Part shown: in pieces, positions 42,210 to 52,087 of the stretch
How the letters are laid out: the number at the start of each line of letters is the position of its first letter
How positions within the stretch are numbered: position 1 is the first letter of the stretch
Origin: an uncultured Pseudomonadota bacterium
GTDB taxonomy: Bacteria > Pseudomonadota > Alphaproteobacteria > Rhizobiales > Xanthobacteraceae
Length of the DNA stretch: 64,000 nt
Assembly: GCA_963745155.1 (NCBI GenBank)
Contig: CAVUWO010000003.1
Coordinates: 114,366-178,365, forward strand
Reading direction: 5' to 3'
The notes under the pieces: model-generated
Told to the model about the DNA's origin: nothing
What the model saw: only the letters and a program-made list of their open reading frames with translations
Databases searched by the model: none
Program-made: the position numbers and the translations under genes

Positions 42210-42987
42210 ATGGACGAGCGGCCGCAGAGCACGGGGGAGGGGACGGCGCCGGCCGAAACGGCGGTCGAAGTCACCGGCCTGCAGAAATGGTACGGCGACT
42301 TTCACGTCCTGCGCGACATCAATCTCACGGTCGCGCGCGGCGAGCGCATCGTCATCTGCGGGCCGTCGGGCGGCGGCAAGTCGACGCTGTTGCGCTGCAT
42401 CAACCGGCTGGAGGATTGGCAGCGCGGCCGCATCGTCGTCGACGGCATCGAGCTCAACGACGATCCCAAGCGCATCCTCGCGGTGCGCCGCGACGTCGGC
42501 ATGGTGTTTCAGAACTTCAATCTGTTTCCCCATCTCACCGTGATCGAGAACTGCACGCTGGCGCCGATCTGGGTCCGGCATATGGCGCAAGCGCGACGCC
42601 GAGGCGCTGGCGATGCGCTTTCTCGAGCGCGTGCACGTCGCCGATCAGGCCGGCAAATATCCCGCGCGCCTCTCCGGCGGCCAGCAGCAGCGCGTGGCGA
42701 TCGCGCGCGCCTTGTGCATGAGCCCGAACATCATGCTGTTCGACGAGCCGACCTCCTCGCTCGATCCGGAAATGGTCAAGGAAGTGCTCGACACCATGAT
42801 CGAGCTTGCCGGCGACGGCCTCACCATGCTGGTGGTGTCCCACGAGATGGGGTTTGCCCGGCAGGTCGCCGACCGCATCATCTTCATGGCCGATGGCGAG
42901 ATCGTCGAAATCAATGCGCCGAAGGAATTTTTCGAGCAGCCCCGGCACGAGCGCGCGCGGCTGTTTCTGCGGCAGATACTGCCGTAG
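42210..42987 (+). pseudogene. aapP: general L-amino acid ABC transporter ATP-binding protein, frameshifted
   Basis: Walker A GPSGGGKST is in the first frame. LSGGQQQRVAIARAL and MLFDEPTS are in ORF 42613-42987. The frame changes near 42588. Confidence 0.85.
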
Positions 42988-43021
42988 GCGGCGGTCGGCG
43001 GCGCGGCTTGCGGTCGCGCGT

Positions 43022-44812
43022 TCAGGCGACTTCGCGCTCGGCGCCGTTCGCCTTGGCCAGGACCGCGAGAACGTCGCCGGCGGGCATCGGCCGGCTGATC
43101 AGATAACCCTGTACCTCGGTGCAGCCTTCGGCCTTCAAATAAGCGAATTGCTCTTCGGTCTCGACCCCCTCGACCGTGGTGACCATGCCGATGTTGCCGG
43201 CGAGCCCGATGATCGCGCGCACGATCGCCGAGCTGTCGCTGTTCGCCGGCAGATCGCGCACGAACGATCGATCGATCTTGATCTTGTCGAACGGGAACAT
43301 GCGCAGATAGCTCAAGCTCGAATAGCCGGTGCCGAAGTCGTCCATGCAGATGTGAACGCCCAGGCTGCGCAACTCGTGCAGCACATGCATGATCTTGTTG
43401 TTGTCGTCGAGAAGCGCGGACTCGGTGATCTCGAGCTCCAGACGGTCGGGCTTGAGACCGGACGCCGCCAGCGCGTCCTTGACGTCCTTGAGCAGCGTTC
43501 CGGTGCGGAACTGAATCGGCGACAGATTGACCGCCAGCTTGACGTCAGCCGGCCACCGCGTCGCTTCCCGGCAGGCGTCGCGCAGCACCCAGCGGCCGAG
43601 CGGAACGATCAGGCCCATTTCTTCGGCGAGCGATATGAATTCGAGCGGCGGGATGACGCCGCGCAGCGGATGGTTCCAGCGCACCAGCGCCTCGAAGCCG
43701 GTGACGCCGCCGCCGTTGAGATTGAACAATGGCTGGTAGTGCAGCTCGAATTGGCCATGGCTCAAAGCGTCGCGCAGATCGCGCTCGAGCAGCCGGCGCG
43801 CCTGGGCCCGCGCGTTCATCTCGACTTCGAAGAAGCGATAGCCGCCGCGGGCTTCGGCCTTGGCGCGGTAGAGCGCCAGATCGGCGTTGGCCAACAGAAG
43901 ATCGGGATCGGTGCCGTCGTCGGGCGCCCAGGCGATGCCGATGCTGCAGCTTACCAGGAGCTGGTGGCCCTCGATCTGATAGGGCTGCGCGATCGCCTTG
44001 ATGATGCGGTCGGCCAGGATCCCGGCATCCTCCGCCCCTTCCTTGGCGAGCTGGATGATGGCGAATTCGTCGCCGCCCAGACGGGCGACGGTGTCGCAAT
44101 CCCGCGTCGAATGCTGCAGGCGCCGGCCGACGGCGGTCAACAAAAGATCGCCGATGCGATGTCCGAGCGTATCGTTGATGAGCTTGAACTGATCGAGATC
44201 GATGAACAGCAGCGCCAATTTTCCGCCGCCGTCTTCGACGCGCGCCAAAGCGCGCACGAGCTGATCGCGAAATTGCACGCGGTTGCCGAGCCCGGTCAGG
44301 GAATCATGCTGCGCCATGTAGCGCACGATCGCTTCGGACTGCTTGCGCTCGGCGATCTCGTGCTCGAGCTGAGCGTTGATGCGCTCGAGCTTCTGCACAT
44401 AGTGGGCCGCTGCGCGCTCGGCCTTGAGCCGGGCGACCTGGCTCTGCACGCGAGCGGAGGCGATCGCGAAGTCGATCGGCTTGGTGACGTAGTCGTTGGC
44501 GCCGAGTTCGAGCGCCTCCACCACGTCCTCGCTTTCGACCTTGGCGGTGACCATGATGACCGGCAGGGTCGATGGCGAGTGGGTGGTCCTGATCCGCTTG
44601 AGGACTTCGAGACCGTTCATCCCGGGCATCACGACATCGAGCAGGACGGCGTCGAATTGCTGCTCGGCGACGACGGCCAGCGCCGCCGCGCCATTATCCG
44701 CTTCAACGACATCAAATCCGCGCCGCCGGAAGAACCGGTGCAGTATGGTTCTGTTGTCCGCTATGTCGTCGACGACGAGCAATCGGCTTTGATGGGATGG
44801 CGCTTCGGTCAT
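43022..44812 (-). CDS. response-regulator receiver + GGDEF + EAL protein
   Basis: REC segments LLVVDDIADN...LLDVVMPGMNG, GGDEF motif RLGGDEFAI, and EAL motifs EALVRWNHP and DDFGTGYSS. Confidence 0.9.
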   Translation of the reverse strand: MTEAPSHQSRLLVVDDIADNRTILHRFFRRRGFDVVEADNGAAALAVVAEQQFDAVLLDVVMPGMNGLEVLKRIRTTHSPSTLPVIMVTAKVESEDVVEALELGANDYVTKPIDFAIASARVQSQVARLKAERAAAHYVQKLERINAQLEHEIAERKQSEAIVRYMAQHDSLTGLGNRVQFRDQLVRALARVEDGGGKLALLFIDLDQFKLINDTLGHRIGDLLLTAVGRRLQHSTRDCDTVARLGGDEFAIIQLAKEGAEDAGILADRIIKAIAQPYQIEGHQLLVSCSIGIAWAPDDGTDPDLLLANADLALYRAKAEARGGYRFFEVEMNARAQARRLLERDLRDALSHGQFELHYQPLFNLNGGGVTGFEALVRWNHPLRGVIPPLEFISLAEEMGLIVPLGRWVLRDACREATRWPADVKLAVNLSPIQFRTGTLLKDVKDALAASGLKPDRLELEITESALLDDNNKIMHVLHELRSLGVHICMDDFGTGYSSLSYLRMFPFDKIKIDRSFVRDLPANSDSSAIVRAIIGLAGNIGMVTTVEGVETEEQFAYLKAEGCTEVQGYLISRPMPAGDVLAVLAKANGAEREVA

Positions 44813-45005
44813 ATGGCTGTGGCCCGCGGGAACCCGTGTCCTCGGGCAGCAATAAGCGAAAGCTGTTAATCAACACTCCATTACCGCGGCTTAATCTCCG
44901 AAAGATAAAACGGGGTAAAGATAAACTGAACAGTTGCATTGATGGCAAGAAAGCAACCTCGGCTTGACGAAAGAACCGCGGATTTCACCCGCCCGCAAAT
45001 CCGCA

Positions 45006-45559
45006 CTAGCAACAAGCGGCGGCCCCACGACGCTCGATCGGCAAGGTAAAGCGGATGCGCGATTTATCCGGCTCCGAAACCGTGGAGACTTCGCCGCCGC
45101 GACTGCGCACGAGCTTCCACAAATTCCGCTGCAGAAAATCGGGAAATTCGCGCGCGCGCACGACAAGCTCGGTGACGCACGTTTGTCGCGCCGGTGCAGG
45201 ACCATCCACGCGCAATTCGATCGCATCGCATCCGTTGGTGAATGCGTACTCGACCATGCCGCGCACCAGCGCGCGCAGGTCGGAGGCCGGGCCTTTGACC
45301 ATGACATGATCGGGCAGGTGAAGCGTGACCGGTTGCCCGGCTCCCGTGACGAGCGCCGGCGTCGGCAGCGCGTCGCGCCAAATCGCGGCGAAATCGACCG
45401 GTTCGGCAGCCTCCTGGCTGGCCCGCCGTTCGGCCGCGTTAGTTGTTCGGCGACCCGGCGCAGCTGCGCGACGATACGGGTGTAGGTCGGCTTGTCGGCC
45501 GAGCTCGCAACCTGCAATTCCCGAGCAGCCATGCGTAAAGTGGCAACCGCGCCGTCCAT
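45006..45559 (-). pseudogene. hypothetical protein with a degenerate histidine-kinase-like C-terminal region, apparently frameshifted
   Basis: The N-terminal helix region (ORF 44891-45625 from M at 45559) continues in ORF 45006-45647 (ASQEAAEPVDF...LRALVRGMVEYAFTNG...RIRFTLP). The junction is near 45430. No H-box, N-box or G-boxes are visible. Confidence 0.4.
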
Positions 45560-45763
45560 GTCGAATTCTCCGTCGAGTTTCGTGGCAAGCGAGAACGTCG
45601 CAAATATAAATCGAGTTGTTTGCAAAACCGCTCCGACATTCCATCAAAGCACAAGGAAATTTTGCTCAAAACAATCTAAACGTTTAATCGATCAATTCGA
45701 AGTTCAGTGAAAACATTGGTGTAATAAAAGATGTATTCCGCTGGCAAAACCCGACGGTGACGC

Positions 45764-46033
45764 GTGAAAGCTGGAACGGTCGATCATCACGGCGAGCCCG
45801 ATCGCTATATCGCCTGGATGGACGGCGGGGGTGGCATGCCGTCCAGGCGGTGCCGCGTCGAGGGCGTTTCGCAGGCCGGGGCTAAATTGTGCGCCTTCGA
45901 CGGCGCGGTGCCCAACGAGTTCACGCTCTATTTCAACCGTCGCGGCGACGCCAAGGTGCGTTGTCGCGTGACCGCCCGGGCGGGCTCGATGTGTGACGTC
46001 GAATTCGTTGCATCGTTGGCGATCTACGCCTGA
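45764..46033 (+). CDS. small PilZ-like domain protein
   Basis: The pattern C-RVEGVSQAGAKL ... VPNEFTLYF ... RCRVTARAGSMCDVEF resembles single-domain PilZ proteins. The RxxxR motif is degenerate. Confidence 0.5.
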   Translation: MKAGTVDHHGEPDRYIAWMDGGGGMPSRRCRVEGVSQAGAKLCAFDGAVPNEFTLYFNRRGDAKVRCRVTARAGSMCDVEFVASLAIYA

Positions 46034-46325
46034 CGCCGGCGCGCGGCGGCGCGGGGCGAGCGGCACTTGTTCGGCGCCCCGCCGTCGAGTTGCGTGGTTG
46101 CGCACCGTGATAGGAAACGACGGAGGGTCGCCCCGACAAGCACGGACGCCCGTTTCCATAATCACAGCGTTGATTTGGATAACCAAGCCTCGAACAACAA
46201 AGTGTTTATGATAAAATTTAGCGGTGCGTTAGCCCGGCCTAGGTAATTTCCCCCAGCGATACGCGCGGTGGGGGTGCGAATGAGCGAGCTTTCCGAAATC
46301 GACGGCCGTTCCACAAACCAAGATT

Positions 46326-46730
46326 TTGCTTGTGGAAGACAGCCCGGCAAATCGCGACATGCTGACGCGCCGGCTCCAAAAGCGCGGCTTCAAGGTGTGC
46401 TGCGCGGTTGATGGGCCCATGGGCGTCGCCATGTCGGCGACGGAAGGCCCGGACCTCATCCTGATGGACATCGCGCTGGGTGCGATGGACGGCTGGGATG
46501 CGACACGGCTGATCAAGTCCGACCCGCGGACCACCGAAATTCCGATCATTGCGCTCACGGCGCACGCGCTCGCCTCGGATCGCGAGAAGAGCTTCAAGGT
46601 CGGTTGCTCCGATTTCGACACCAAGCCGGTCGATCTGGCGCGCCTGCTGGGGAAAATCCAGGCGTGCCTGCTGAGGAAGAGCGTTCGAGCAAAAAACGAC
46701 TACCAGATGGTCGCCCGCCTCGGCGGGTGA
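46326..46730 (+). CDS. single-domain CheY-like response regulator
   Basis: Segments LLVEDSPANRDML...LILMDIALGAMDG...IIALTAHA...DFDTKP. TTG 46326 is the only in-frame start. ATG 46280 (MSELSEIDGRSTN) lies one frame off, so a frameshift near 46318 is possible. Confidence 0.8.
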   Translation: MLVEDSPANRDMLTRRLQKRGFKVCCAVDGPMGVAMSATEGPDLILMDIALGAMDGWDATRLIKSDPRTTEIPIIALTAHALASDREKSFKVGCSDFDTKPVDLARLLGKIQACLLRKSVRAKNDYQMVARLGG

Positions 46731-46782
46731 TCGGCAAGAACACGACACTTGAACAAGTCGACAAAAAACGGGGGACGGCGTC

Positions 46783-48139
46783 ATGCTCAATGCAGACTCG
46801 AGGTTCGAAGCGGATCAGGCCCTGATCGGCAGCATGCGGGATTTCCGCGAGCTGCACGGCAAGGATTTGATGGCGCGCGTCGACGGTTTCTACGAGTGGC
46901 AGCACACGCGGCGCCGCCACGGCTTGTGGCCGTATTCCAAGGCGACGGAGCAGGCGCCGCTTGCGGTCTGCACGGCCAGGGACGACAGCGGCGTGAGGTT
47001 CGCCGGCCTCAACTTCGCCACGCAGGATTATCTCGGCCTGTCCTCCGATCCGGAGATCAAGGAAGTGGCGAAGGCCGTGATCGACGAGTACGGCATCCAT
47101 AGCGCCGGTTCGTCGGCCTTGGCGGGCAACACCAAATATTCGTTGCGCCTGGAAAGGACGATTGCCGAGTTCCTCGGCGTCGAGCACACCGTGCTGTATC
47201 CGACCGGTTGGGCGGCGGGATACGGCGCGATCAAGGGACTGGTGCGACCCGCCGACCACGTCGTCATGGACGGTCTTGCGCACGCCTGCCTGCAAGAGGG
47301 CGCATATTCGGCGACGGCCAACGTGCATCTGCACGGCCACCTCAATCTGGAATCCGCGCGCCGGCATCTCAAACGCATCCGCGCCAGAGACGCGGAAAAC
47401 GGCATCCTGGTGGTGACCGAGAGCTTGTTTTCGATGGACTCCGACACGCCGGACCTGCGCGCGTTGCAGGAGCTCTGCCGTGAGTACGAGGCCACGCTTC
47501 TGGTCGACGTCGCCCACGATCTCGGCGCGATGGGCGAGGGCGGGCGCGGCTTCATCGGCCAGCAGGGCATGAGCGGGCAGATCGACATCGTGATGGGAAG
47601 CTTCTCCAAGACCTTCGCGTCGAACGGCGGCTTCGTCGCCTGCAACTCGCCGGCGGTCCGGCAATACCTGAAATTCTACGGCTGCTCGGCGACGTTCTCG
47701 AACGCGCTTGTCGCCGGTGCAGGCCGCCACGGTGACGACGGCGTTCGACATCGTTCAATCGGACAAGGGGCGGCAGCTGCGGCGATTGCTGCTGCAACGC
47801 GTCGGTCAGATGCGCGACGCGCTCGCCGCGGCCGGACTGCAGGTCATCGGCGATCCGTCGGCCATCGTGCCGGTGCTGGTCGGCGACGAAGCGCTGGCGC
47901 GGATGGTCAGCCGGCGCCTGCCGGAGCTCGAAGTGATCGCGAACCTGGTGGAGTACCCGGCCGTGGCCAAAGGCAACGCCCGCTTCCGCCTGCAAATGAT
48001 GCCGACCCACAGCGCCGAGAACGTCCGGGAGCTGGCCGCGAGGCTGCGCCGAGCGGTCGATCTGACGCAGGGTGAGTACGAGCAATATCGGGCGCGGATC
48101 GGCGCGGACGTCGAGTTCGCCCAGGCCGCCGTCGCCTGA
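46783..48139 (+). pseudogene. alpha-oxoamine synthase family PLP enzyme (KBL / SPT / CqsA superfamily), frameshifted
   Basis: Motifs NFATQDYLGL, GSSALAGNT, LLVDVAHDLG and the catalytic Lys motif GSFSKTFASNGG. The C-terminal piece is ORF 47708-48139. The frame changes near 47706. Confidence 0.8.
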
Positions 48140-48170
48140 TCGGCAGTCGCGCAACTGATGGGGACCAGCC

Positions 48171-49551
48171 ATGATACGTGACAGTCTGATCGGCATCATC
48201 GACTGGTTCATTCCGGCCGAGCTGCGGATAAACAATGCAAATCTCTGGCGGGCCAGAATTTTCGTCATCAGCCATCTGCTGGGTCCGTTCAGCGCGATCG
48301 CCATATTGGGCTATCTGTACGGCGTTCTGCAGGTGCACGACGTCGTGTTCTGGACGATCTGCGTCCTGTGCGGCGCGTTCTGGTTGCTGCCTTTGGGCTT
48401 GAAGGTGATCCGTAGCCTGACCTGGCTCGCGTTGTTCTCGTTCTGGGATCTGACCTTCGTCAGCGTGTTCGGCTCGTTCTTCTACGGCGGGGTCAGCTCG
48501 CCCTTCCTGCCCTGGCTCTTGTGCGCGCTCCTGATCGGCTTCTTCTATCTGAGCGACCGGGTGCAGCTCGTGGTCGGCATTTTCGTCGCGCATCTCACCG
48601 GCTTCTGCGTGGCGTATGTGATCACCGGCGCGTTTCCCGAGCGGGTGCCGGTCGCCGCACTGTCCACGGTCGGGATGATCTCGGTGCTGTGCGCCACGCT
48701 CTACAGCTCGATGATGGCGCTGTACTACGCCTACGTCATGATCGAGCAGTCGGCGCTGCGCCAGGAGATCGAGAAGCACCTGGTCACGGCGCGGAAGCTT
48801 CGCCAGGCCAAGCGCGACGCGGAACTCGCGGACGAGGCCAAGGCGGTGTTTCTCGCCAAGATGAATCATCAGCTGCGCACGCCCCTCAACGCCATCATCG
48901 GCTACAGCGAGATTCTGCTGGAGGAAATCGAACCCGAGGACGATTCGACCGACAAGGCCGATCTGACAACCATCAACAACGCCGGCCGACATTTGCTGTC
49001 GTTGCTCTCGGACGTGCTGAGCATGCCCAGGATCGAGTCGGACGATGTCGAGATTTCGCTGCGTCCGGTCGACGTCGAACGCTGCCTCGACGAAGTCGTC
49101 TCGACCTGCCGGAACCTTATTTCGCAGAACGCCAACGAACTCGTGGTCGAAAAGGCCGGCGATCTCGGGCAAATCGAAACCGACGAAACGCGACTGCGTC
49201 AGATCCTGATCAATCTGCTCGGCAATGCCGGCAAGTTCACCAAGGACGGCAAAGTGGTGTTGCGGGCGAGCCGCGTCGCCGCGGGGCCGTCGGGCGCAGA
49301 TCGTCATATCGGTCGCGGACACCGGCATCGGCATCCCCAAGGAAGCCATCGACGGCCTGTTCACGAATTTCAACAGCGCCAACGCCGCGACCTCGCAGTC
49401 GTACGGCGGCTCCGGGCTCGGTCTCGCGGTCAGTCGCAACCTGGCGCATTTGCTCAACGGCGACATCGAGGTCGAAAGCGAGCCGGGCCGCGGCTCGACA
49501 TTCACCGTCCGGCTGCCCGTCGCGGCGCCGGCGATGGCTGCCGCGGCGTGA
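48171..49551 (+). pseudogene. membrane sensor histidine kinase 1 (about 6 predicted TM segments, non-hybrid), frameshifted
   Basis: A hydrophobic N-terminal region of about 190 aa, a coiled linker, the H-box FLAKMNHQLRTPLNAIIGYSE, the N-box LINLLGNAGKF, and G-boxes DTGIGI/GGSGLGL in ORF 49225-49551. The frame changes at gggg 49283-49286. Confidence 0.8.
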
Positions 49552-49583
49552 GCGTGTTCCTTCAGAACGAACGGGGTAGTGCG

Positions 49584-51008
49584 ATGCGGAAATTTCTCAA
49601 AAAGCTCGATGCACGGTTGACCTTGTTCGTGGATCAGTTCATCCCGGCCAAGCTGAAATCGTCCGGCGACCTCGTGCAGGGCGTGCGGATGTTTCTGTTC
49701 AGCCACTTTTTCGGCCCGTTTCTCGGCCACACCATCTCGCTGTCGATGCTTTATCTCCAGGGCGGCGCGGACTTGTCATGGTGGATATTCTTCATCGCGG
49801 TGACGGCGTTCTGGCCGTTCCCGCTGCTGCTGCGGCTGACCGGCTGGTATGTGCCGCTGTCGCTGCTGTCCATCGAAAATCTGATGTTCTGCATCTTCTG
49901 GGGCTGTTACCAATATGGCGGCGTCTCTTCGCCGATCATGCCCTGGCTGGTGACGGTGCCGCTGCTGGCGTTCTTCTATCTGCCGGAGCGGGCGACGCGC
50001 ATCGTCGTCGGCTTTCAGATCATCGCCAACCTCGCGGTGTTCTACGGCATCTATTCCGTGATCGGCTTCCCGCAGAAAGTCCCGATGGACGGCCTCGTCA
50101 TCCTCGGCCTGGTATCGACCTTCTGCGCGAGCATCTACGTGTCGATGATGGCGCTCTACTATGCCAACGTCGTCTCCTCGCAAGCCGAACTCGAGCAGGA
50201 GATTGCGCGCCACAAGGCGACGGAGAAGCAGCTGCGCGACGCCACCGTGCAGATCGAACGCGCGACGCTCGCGAAATCCGAGTTCCTCGCCAAGATGAGC
50301 CACGAATTGCGGAATCCGCTCAATTCGATCATCGGCTACAGCGAGGTGCTGCTCGACGAGCAGGAGTCGCCGAACGACCAGAAGTACAAGGACCTGAATT
50401 CGATCAAAGATGCGGGTCACCGGCTGCTCGAGCTCATCAACGATCTGCTCGACCTGTCCAAGCTCGAGGCGGGCAGGATGGAATTGCAGCCCGACCGCAT
50501 CGAAATTCGCAGCATGTTCGATGAGATCGCGGAACATTGGCGCGCGGCCATCACCAACAATGGCAATGAATTCAAGCTGCAGCCGCCAGCCGTCGGCGTC
50601 ATTCGCTGCGACGCCGGCAAGCTGGCGCGCGTCATCACCAATCTTCTCAGCAACGCTGCGAAGTTCAGCACGAACGGCTGCGTCACGTTTTCCGCGTCGA
50701 TGCAAGGCGACGTCCTCACGGTGTCGGTCGCGGACACCGGCGTCGGCATTGCCGCGGAAAAGATCAACGGACTGTTCGAGACGTTCGGCCGCTCGGAAGA
50801 GGAAACGGCGAGCAATTATGCCGACGACGTCAGGCTCGGATTGCCGTTGGCGCAGCGTTACTGTCGTCTGATGGGCGGAGAGATTTCGGTCGAAAGCAAG
50901 GTGGGCTATGGTTCGTGCTTCACCCTTACAACGCCCGTCGAGCCGCTCGACGTCGACGTTCGCCACGAGCCGGAGTTGGAAGCCGAATTGCTGACCAGGG
51001 CAGCCTGA
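49584..51008 (+). CDS. membrane sensor histidine kinase 2, tandem paralogue of kinase 1
   Basis: Same architecture as kinase 1. H-box FLAKMSHELRNPLNSIIGYSE, N-box ITNLLSNAAKF, and the G1 motif DTGVGI. The N-terminal TM module shares several motifs with kinase 1. Confidence 0.85.
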   Translation: MRKFLKKLDARLTLFVDQFIPAKLKSSGDLVQGVRMFLFSHFFGPFLGHTISLSMLYLQGGADLSWWIFFIAVTAFWPFPLLLRLTGWYVPLSLLSIENLMFCIFWGCYQYGGVSSPIMPWLVTVPLLAFFYLPERATRIVVGFQIIANLAVFYGIYSVIGFPQKVPMDGLVILGLVSTFCASIYVSMMALYYANVVSSQAELEQEIARHKATEKQLRDATVQIERATLAKSEFLAKMSHELRNPLNSIIGYSEVLLDEQESPNDQKYKDLNSIKDAGHRLLELINDLLDLSKLEAGRMELQPDRIEIRSMFDEIAEHWRAAITNNGNEFKLQPPAVGVIRCDAGKLARVITNLLSNAAKFSTNGCVTFSASMQGDVLTVSVADTGVGIAAEKINGLFETFGRSEEETASNYADDVRLGLPLAQRYCRLMGGEISVESKVGYGSCFTLTTPVEPLDVDVRHEPELEAELLTRAA

Positions 51009-51080
51009 GTTCGGATTGCGCGGTTGAGCGAACAAAGTTGATCCCGAACATGGCGGTGCGACCGGGCGGTCGTACCGGCC

Positions 51081-51129
51081 TTCACGAACGAGCCGCCTTC
51101 ATGAACGAACCGGTTCATGAATGAACCGA
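51081..51129. promoter_or_regulatory. three direct repeats of a ~16-bp unit (ttcacgaacgagccgc / ttcatgaacgaaccgg / ttcatgaatgaaccga) upstream of the Spy/CpxP-like gene
   Basis: Read directly from the sequence, about 150 bp upstream of ATG 51281. The array resembles direct-repeat binding sites for an OmpR/PhoB-type regulator. This role is hypothetical. Confidence 0.4.
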
Positions 51130-51280
51130 CAGAAACGGCAGCGCTGCGGCAAGCACACGCCAAATCACACTGTGGCGATGCAAGTTTAAAACCCAACCTG
51201 ACGAAAGTTTAACTTGCCCCGAAGCGGTCGCCGGCTCTTACTTCCGGCACAATCCCGCTGTGGAGATCTTGGAGGATCAC

Positions 51281-51967
51281 ATGTTGAAATCGGTAGCCGT
51301 GGGGGCGGCGGCGCTGGCGATCGTAGGCTCGTCGATCGTCTATGCGCAGCAGCGTTCCGGTGGCCCGGACGGCGTCGGCTCGGGCGGATTTGGCCACGGC
51401 CTGCGGTTGGTGGCGCATTATCGGCCGAGCATCGACGACATGAAGGCGTTCACCGACGCGCGCATCGCCGCACTCAAGGCCGGACTGCAGCTCACGCCGG
51501 ATCAGGACAAGAACTGGCCGCCGTTCGAGCAGGCGCTGCGCGATTTGGCCAAACTCCGCATCGACCACATGCAAGCCCGCCTGGCGCGCGAAGAGGCGGG
51601 AGCGCCGCAGACGCCGCCCGCGCCGTTCGAACGGCTGGCGAAACGCGCGGACGCCATGGCCAAGCGCAGCGCGGCATTGAAGCAGCTCGCCGATACCGGC
51701 GCCCCGCTTTATCAGAGCCTGAGCGATGCGCAGAAGGAGCGCTTCAAGATTTTGGCGCACAGCCTGCGTCCGCATCACCATCATTTCGCCTGGCACCGCG
51801 GCGGCGAGGGCGGCTGGCGCGACGGTCGCGGCGAAGGCCAAGACGGTGGCCATGAAGGTGGCCATGACGGTGGCTGGCGCGGCCGCTGGTTCGGCCATGG
51901 GGAGCAGGGGCCGGATGGCCCGATGCACCGCATGATGGGCCGTGACGAGCAGGGCTCTGAGCTCTGA
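51281..51967 (+). CDS. periplasmic Spy/CpxP-family (LTxxQ motif) protein with a His/Gly-rich tail
   Basis: RBS ggagg, then ATG 51281 and a signal peptide. LTPDQ and SDAQKERF motifs are present. The C-terminal tail is HHHHFAWHRGGEGGWRDGRGEGQDGGHEGGHDGGW. Confidence 0.7.
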   Translation: MLKSVAVGAAALAIVGSSIVYAQQRSGGPDGVGSGGFGHGLRLVAHYRPSIDDMKAFTDARIAALKAGLQLTPDQDKNWPPFEQALRDLAKLRIDHMQARLAREEAGAPQTPPAPFERLAKRADAMAKRSAALKQLADTGAPLYQSLSDAQKERFKILAHSLRPHHHHFAWHRGGEGGWRDGRGEGQDGGHEGGHDGGWRGRWFGHGEQGPDGPMHRMMGRDEQGSEL

Positions 51968-52023
51968 TATAAACCGATTGCCGGTGCCTGCCCGTTTCCC
52001 TCCCCGCGGCGGGCACCAAAGCG

Positions 52024-52052
52024 AAAGCCGCAGGATCCGTTCCTGCGGCTTT
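52024..52052 (+). terminator. rho-independent terminator (aaagccgcagga-tccgt-tcctgcggcttt followed by cttgt)
   Basis: 12-bp stem with a T-rich tail, about 55 nt after the Spy-like stop codon. Confidence 0.7.
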
Positions 52053-52087
52053 CTTGTATGTCACCGGTCCTATCGTATCCGTCTCGC

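Noticed and set aside
45006-45559. ChpT-like histidine phosphotransferase, which has a kinase-like fold with a degenerate ATP site.
   Set aside because: No conserved phospho-accepting His is visible in the N-terminal helices. The similarity is only a general impression, so I left it as hypothetical.
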